The translations under genes were made by a program, and so were the position numbers. 40,949 nucleotides of DNA from Chiloscyllium plagiosum (taxonomy: Eukaryota): positions 84,752,760-84,793,708 of the forward strand of contig NC_057719.1 in the NCBI RefSeq assembly GCF_004010195.1, in the 5' to 3' direction. Positions 35,211 through 40,949 of the stretch are shown one piece after another. A model generated the notes under the pieces. That model saw only the letters and a program-made list of their open reading frames with translations, was not told the DNA's origin and did not search any database. Within the stretch, counting starts at the first letter, position 1, and every line of letters starts with the position of its first letter.

Positions 35211-38200
35211 CAAAGAACAACATAAGCTTTAAGGGGCCTTAAGAGAGAATGATGTGAACTCGGTGAGGGCAAAGTGATGGATTGCTTTCATCCACCTTTT
35301 GATTTCATAGATGTTTGCACAAAGCAATCTGTTGCTGGCAGTAAATTGCAATTATTGATGGGCTGCATAAATTGTGGGGATTATAATACATGGTTTCATA
35401 AACTGACTTTAATATTAAATGTTTAAATGTGAATTCTCTCATGTGACCAAAATGGTGGATTCTGCATGTGGTTTTGTTGAATGTATCTCACAAGTCGAGG
35501 TTACTATGTAGTCTTGAAGAATAAATGCTTGAACAAGTGAAAACAGCTCATCCAGTGATGAAATAAACATAGTATTCAGTAATTCCATATGTGAATTGTG
35601 TGAGGCTTGCTAAATGTAACAATTTTTAAATGGATTTATTGGTCTGATTTGTACGTTTATAATATATGAAGCAGTACAGGATTGCATGGGACTTTGTTTT
35701 GTAGAGGTGCTCATTCCTTATCAGTGTATGTTTCTCAAATGGTGAGCAGAGTGTTTATATATGTTCTTATTACTACAGCTTCATGCTTGTTGAATTACTT
35801 GCAATTCAAATTTAGTTAAATGCATGGTATACAATTTTGAGGGTTTGTTAAGTCTGCAGGGCTGCTCATGAGCATCATAAAGTTTTCAAATTTGTTCATG
35901 ACTTGTGGTAAAATTAGATCTGGTCATACTGGTACCTAATTAATTTTTATTCCAACTCTCTCTCTTTCCAACATTTCCAAAAAATGTTGATGCCATCTAC
36001 TATATGCTTTAATAAATTTTCTGATGTCTTGGTGAAACAGTTTTATTTTTGGGACTAGATATTAAATGAGGCTTTGCTTATATCCTGTGAAGTTCTTGTT
36101 AAAAAAAATGCATTTGGGCAGTGCAGGTTGACTGGCTATTTTGGCATTCTTGTGAAGGGCTTTGCACTCAATGTGATTTTTATTGGGCACCAATGCTTAT
36201 GCATTTTCAGCAGGAAACATTGCTCTGAAGTCGGAGGATAACATTATTTTACATCTTCACCAATTTTTTATTTGCATTGAAGAATTTTAAAATAGGTTGC
36301 TCATTTTATGCTACGAGAGACAGAGTTTGATTTCTGAATCAGGAGTGAAAAATAAGGGGAAACTAAGTAAATCATCTTATCTAGTCGAAGGATTACTCAT
36401 GCATTCAATCTGTTACCAGCTGGGACAATAACCTTGAAAGTTTGGAATTAATGTTGTACAGATATATGGGATATTTATTGTGGCCTGGAACTGGTAATGG
36501 AATTTTATCAAAAAAAAATTTGAAAAGATATGAAGTGTTGTGTGAGCTTGCTTTGAATTTTTTCAGGTTACAGCTCTACAGTAATTAAAAAAAAAAAAAA
36601 ATTTTGCCAGTAGCACTAATTATAGGAATACGATTTCTATAATTACAGTATTGTATAATTCTGCATAGAACTATAAAGTTATCGAAATTTTGACTTAAAA
36701 TGACCACAAAACCTAAAAACACAAAACCCAAACTGAAGTTGAAGTGGAAGTTATCATTAAGCTGTGTGGGCTCTTGTGGCACACCAACTGAAATAAGGTT
36801 GCTGGGCAAAAACCACCCTACCCGTAACAGTAGTACTGTGCAACCATTTGTTAAAAGTCCAGCCAATTTTTTTTTTGAAGGCCTACTGGCAAGTCAGAGA
36901 GTCCTCATTTTGAATTAGATCAAAACAGTGGAAAATATGAAATGGCTGACAATCATAAGTTTCCACATGATTCTGAGATTGTTAGGTTGGTCTGCTGAGG
37001 AGGAGGAGAAGCTAGGGCTAACATTACTTTCAAAGATCATACTATTTCTATAAACATAATGATCCAAAGACCATAAGATATTGAGCAGAATTCGGCCATT
37101 TGGCTCATCGAGTCTGCTCCACCATTCAGTCGTGGTGCCCATTCTCCTGCCTTCTCCCCATCCCATTTGAACCTCTTATTAAGAATCTATATATCTCTGT
37201 CTTAAATATACTCAATGATTTGGCCTCCACAGCCCTCTGTGGCAATGCGTTTCACAGATTAACTACTGTCTTTGGTGGTTAAATTCCACCTTGTCTCCAT
37301 TTTAAAGGGTCATCCCTACCGTCTGAGGTTGTGCCCTCTGGTGCTAGTCTGCCCTACTTGTGGAAAAATCATCTTGATATCCACACTATGTAGGCCTCTC
37401 TGTATTCTGTAAGCTTTGATGAGAGCCCCATCATGCTTCTAAAATCAATCGAGTATAGATCAGTCTCCTCACATTCCTCATTTACAAGCCCGTCATCCCC
37501 AGGATCGTCCTTGTAAACCTCCTGGACCCCTCTAACACTAGCACATCCTTCATTAGATATGGGGCGTAAAACTGTCCTCCGTATGTAATCTGACCAGAGC
37601 CTTGTAGCCTTCGTAGTACATTTCTGCTCTTGTATTCTATTCCTTTTGAAATGAATGCTAATGTTGCATTTGCCTTCCTAACTGTCAACTCAACCTGCAT
37701 GTTAACCTGAAGGGGTTCCTGAACTAGGACTCCCAAGTCCCTTTGTGTCATTAGAAAATAGTCTACACCTCTAACCTTCCTATCAAAGTGCATATCCTCA
37801 CACCTTCCCACGTTGTATTGCATCTGCCACTTCTTTGTCAACTTTTCTAGCCTGTCCAAGTTCTTATGCAGTCTCCCTGCTTCCTCAACACTACCTGTCT
37901 CTCCAACTTTTTCTGTGTCATCTGCAAACATAGCAACAATGGCCTTAGGTTATTAAAGTGATGTGAATGGTTGTGGCCTCAACACTGACCCCTGTGGATC
38001 TCCTCAAGTCACTGGCTGCCACCCTTAAAAAGTCCCCTTTAATCCCTCCTCTGCCTTCTACCAATTGGCCAATCCTCTATCCGTGCCAGTACTTTGCCCT
38101 AACGCCATGTGCTTTTATCTTTTTTAACAGCCCCCTGTGTGGTACCTTGTCGAATGCCCTCTGGAAATCCAAATAGATCAAGTTTACTGGGTCTCCTTTG

Positions 38201-39477
38201 TTTAACTTGCTCATCACATCAAAGAATTCTAATAGATTTGTCAGGCAATTCCCCTGTTTTACCACGCAATCTCGTGTGATAATGGACCCTAAAATCTTAT
38301 CAACAATCAAGGTTGCTTATAATTTCCTGTCTTCTGCCTCTCTCCCACAAGAGTGTTATGTTAGCCATTTTTCAGTCCTCTAGGATCGTCAGTGATTCCT
38401 GAAAATTATCTCACATGTCTCTACAATCTCCTCAGCTTTTTCCTACTTCAGAACTCTGGGGTGTAGTCCATCTGGTCTGGGTGATTTATCCACCTTCAGA
38501 CTTTTCAGCTTCCCCAGCACCACCTCCTTAATGATGGCCACTAGACTCACCTCTGCCCACAACTCCTTTGAAATTCTGCTGTCTTCCATTGTCAAAACTG
38601 ATGCAAAGTACTTGTTGAGTTCCTCCACTATTTCTTTGTCACCATTACTATTTCTCCAGCTCTATTTTCCAGTAATCCAATGCCCACTTTTGCCTCTCTC
38701 TTGCCTTTTCGATATCTGAAAAAAAAACTCTTGACCTCTTATTTTATATTACGAGTGAGCTTACCCCATATTTCATTTTTCTTGCCTTTTTGCTGCTTTT
38801 TTAGTTTCCCCTGCTTGTTTTGCAAAGCTTCCCAATAATCTTTACCACATTGTATGATTTTTCTTTTGTTTTTATGCTGTTCCTGACTTCCCTTGTCAGC
38901 CATGGTTGCCTTATCCTCCCCTTAGTATGTTGTTTCATCTTTCAGCTGTCTTCACTGCTAGGTTCCCCTTCTGGTCAACTCTGGCCAGATCCTCCCTCAT
39001 GTCTTTGAAATTAGCTTATACTCCATTTAATACCTGATTCCAGCCTTTCCTCCTCAAACCACATTCTATCATATTATGTTCAGTGTCCCCTCGGGGCTCC
39101 TTCACCTTCAGCTCCCTAATCAAGTCTGCTTCGTCAGACATCCCCAAATCCAGAATCGCCTGTTCCCTAGTATGCTCTACCACAAGCTGCTCCAAAAAAA
39201 ACCATCTCGTAGGTATTCATTGCATTCCTTTTCTTGAAATCTGCTGTCAACCTGGTTTTCCTCGTCACTTGCATACTGAAGTCCCCAATTATTATTATGA
39301 TCGTGACATTCTTCCATCTCCTGATTTGTTTTCTTCCCCACATCCTGACTACTGCTGGGAGCCCTGCACACAATTCCCATCAGCATGTTTTTTTTAATCT
39401 TTGTGATTCCTCAACTCTACCCACACAGATTCCAAGCCTTCCAACTTTAACACTTCCTTGTTATTGATTTATTTATT

Positions 39478-39792
39478 CATTATTTATTTACTCATTGATG
39501 CAGGCATCACTGTCTAGGCCAGCATTTATTGCCTAGAGGGCAGTTAAAAGTATGCGATATCGCTCTTGGTCTGGAGTCACAAGTTGGCAAAGATGACTGT
39601 TTCCTTCCCTTCCCTAAAGGACATGAGTGAACCAGATAGGTTTTTCCAGCAATCACAATGGATTCGTCGTTTTTTTAAATTGAATTCAAATTCCACCATC
39701 TTCCATGGCAGGATTTAAACCCAAATTCCGAGAACATTACCTGGATCTTTAGATTAACAGTTCAGCAATAATACCACCAGGCTGTCACTTTC
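39478..39792 (-). mobile_element. tRNA-derived SINE (family B)
   Basis: Reverse-complement match to 14108-14475. Confidence 0.85.
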
Positions 39793-40126
39793 CCTCATTT
39801 CTTCGCCTATTCTCCCATTTGCTAACCCTGCCACCTCTACCCATCTGCCTTTCCTTTTGATAGCCTTGGATATTTAGATCCCAGCCCTGATCCCCGGCAG
39901 CTATGTCTCTGTGATACCCGCAACATTGTACCTACCAATTTCAACCTACACTACGAGCTTATTAACTTGTTTCGTATACAGCATGAATTAAAGTGCAGCA
40001 AATGGTTCCCTCCCCTTCCATCCAAGTTTCTATACAGGATGACAGGATAAGAGATCTCAATTTGATACTCAATCCTGGCTGCAGGGAGAAGTGTCTATTC
40101 CCCTAACTGTACTATTCCCAATTAGT

Positions 40127-40385
40127 GGGCGGCACGGTGGCACAGTGGTTAGCACTGCTGCCTCAGCGCCAGAGACCCGGGTTCAATTCCCGCCTCAGGC
40201 GACTGACTGTGTGGAGTTTGCACGTTCTCCCCGTGTCTGCGTGGGTTTCCTNNNNNNNNNNNNNNNNGTAGTGTTAGGTAAGGGGTAAATGTAGGGGTAT
40301 GGGTGGGTTTCGCTTCGGTGGGTCGGTGTGGACTTGTTGGGCCGAAGGGCCTGTTTCCACACTGTAATCTAATCTAAATCTAAAT
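40127..40385 (+). mobile_element. HE1-type V-SINE (small N gap 40252-40267)
   Basis: Canonical head and tail; CAATTA at 40119-40124 and 40386-40391. Confidence 0.93.
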
Positions 40386-40763
40386 CAATTACAACTGCAT
40401 TTATCCTTTTGTAAACCTCCCTCTTTGATGGACCACAATGTTATGGTCAGTTTGCTCATCCTCCCTACAGCCCTTGCTCTTAACCACACAGAAGAATTTC
40501 ATACTGCTTGGGTAAGGTCAAGGGCTGAGACCCCCTTCTCATCCCTCTACCTGTCTCATTCAGTGTCGGACCCTCCTTTTCCTGACCACCTTAATTTGGT
40601 TTTTAAAAATTTCGTGCTGATGATTTAGTTTATAGCCTGTAAATATTTTTCCTATTTACTTTCAATCTGAAAATAACCTATCATGGTCAAGTTAGTGGTT
40701 GTCATCAACCAATGAACTTATGGTTTACCTTGTGCTTCATCTTGGGCTTCATTTAATCCAAAC

Positions 40764-40862
40764 TTAAAAATCACACAACACCAGGTTATAGTCCAACAGG
40801 TTTAATTGGAAGCACACTAGCTTTCGGAGCGACGCTCCTTCATCAGGTGATTGTGGAGGGCT
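40764..40862 (-). mobile_element. PLE 3' fragment, same family as 4252-9980
   Basis: Near-identical to 4292-4390. Confidence 0.92.
40815..40849 (-). ncRNA. Intact minimal hammerhead ribozyme motif, antisense in RAD51 intron 3
   Basis: Minus strand CAC-CTGATGA-A-GGAGC-GTC-GCTCC-GAAA-GCTA-GTG: perfect 5-bp stem II, 3-bp stem I, palindromic AGCT for a dimeric stem III. Confidence 0.85.
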
Positions 40863-40949
40863 GTCATTACCATTAGCCCAGTACTCTGCATTCTTGCTAC
40901 TTCTTCCGAAGTGAACTACCTCATACTTTTCTGCGTTAAACTCCATCTG
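40863..40949 (-). mobile_element. CR1 RT fragment (runs off window end)
   Basis: QMEFNAEKYEVVHFGRSSKNAEYWANG. Confidence 0.85.

Larger units (their letters stand above)
37066..40600 (-). mobile_element. Long decayed CR1 LINE (upstream region, APE endonuclease, RT, 3' tail) with two nested SINEs
   Basis: LHFNSCCIRNK near 39965-39997, IIGDF, EELNKYFASVLT, DKSPRPDGLHPRVLK, YLDFQRAFDKVPH, MFADDT. Confidence 0.93.

Noticed and set aside
35555..35647. C/D box snoRNA candidate (GTGATGA ... CTGA)
   Set aside because: No terminal stem or recognisable rRNA guide; such motifs are common by chance in AT-rich DNA
40252..40267. Apparent internal deletion in the HE1 copy
   Set aside because: Coincides with an N gap whose length is probably underestimated

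Overview
Repeat-rich eukaryotic genomic DNA, most likely from a shark/elasmobranch (inferred from HE1-type V-SINEs, abundant CR1 LINEs and Penelope-like elements). The only host gene I can support is the 5' part of RAD51 on the + strand. It has a CpG-rich promoter and probable non-coding exon 1 (~10050-10304), coding exon 2 (ATG 18360-18440) and exon 3 (29162-29299); exon 4 was not found, so the gene continues beyond the window. Almost all ORFs in the supplied track are retroelement debris or spurious. The most notable structure is a set of Penelope-like element (PLE) insertions from at least three families carrying minimal hammerhead ribozymes. They include a ~5.7-kb tail-out inverted PLE ending ~200 bp upstream of the RAD51 core promoter motifs and several 90-260 bp mini-insertions with 10-16 bp target-site duplications (TSDs). 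Five of these insertions are fold-backs, and in each the inverted arm stops ~30-40 nt short of the 3' end. Also seen: an HE1 SINE with an exact 84-bp locally templated 5' extension, and a RAD51 N-terminus lacking the human T13/S14 phosphosites. Repeat family names come from my recognition of motifs, not database searches, and repeat boundaries are approximate. I found no evidence of a wholly new gene system.
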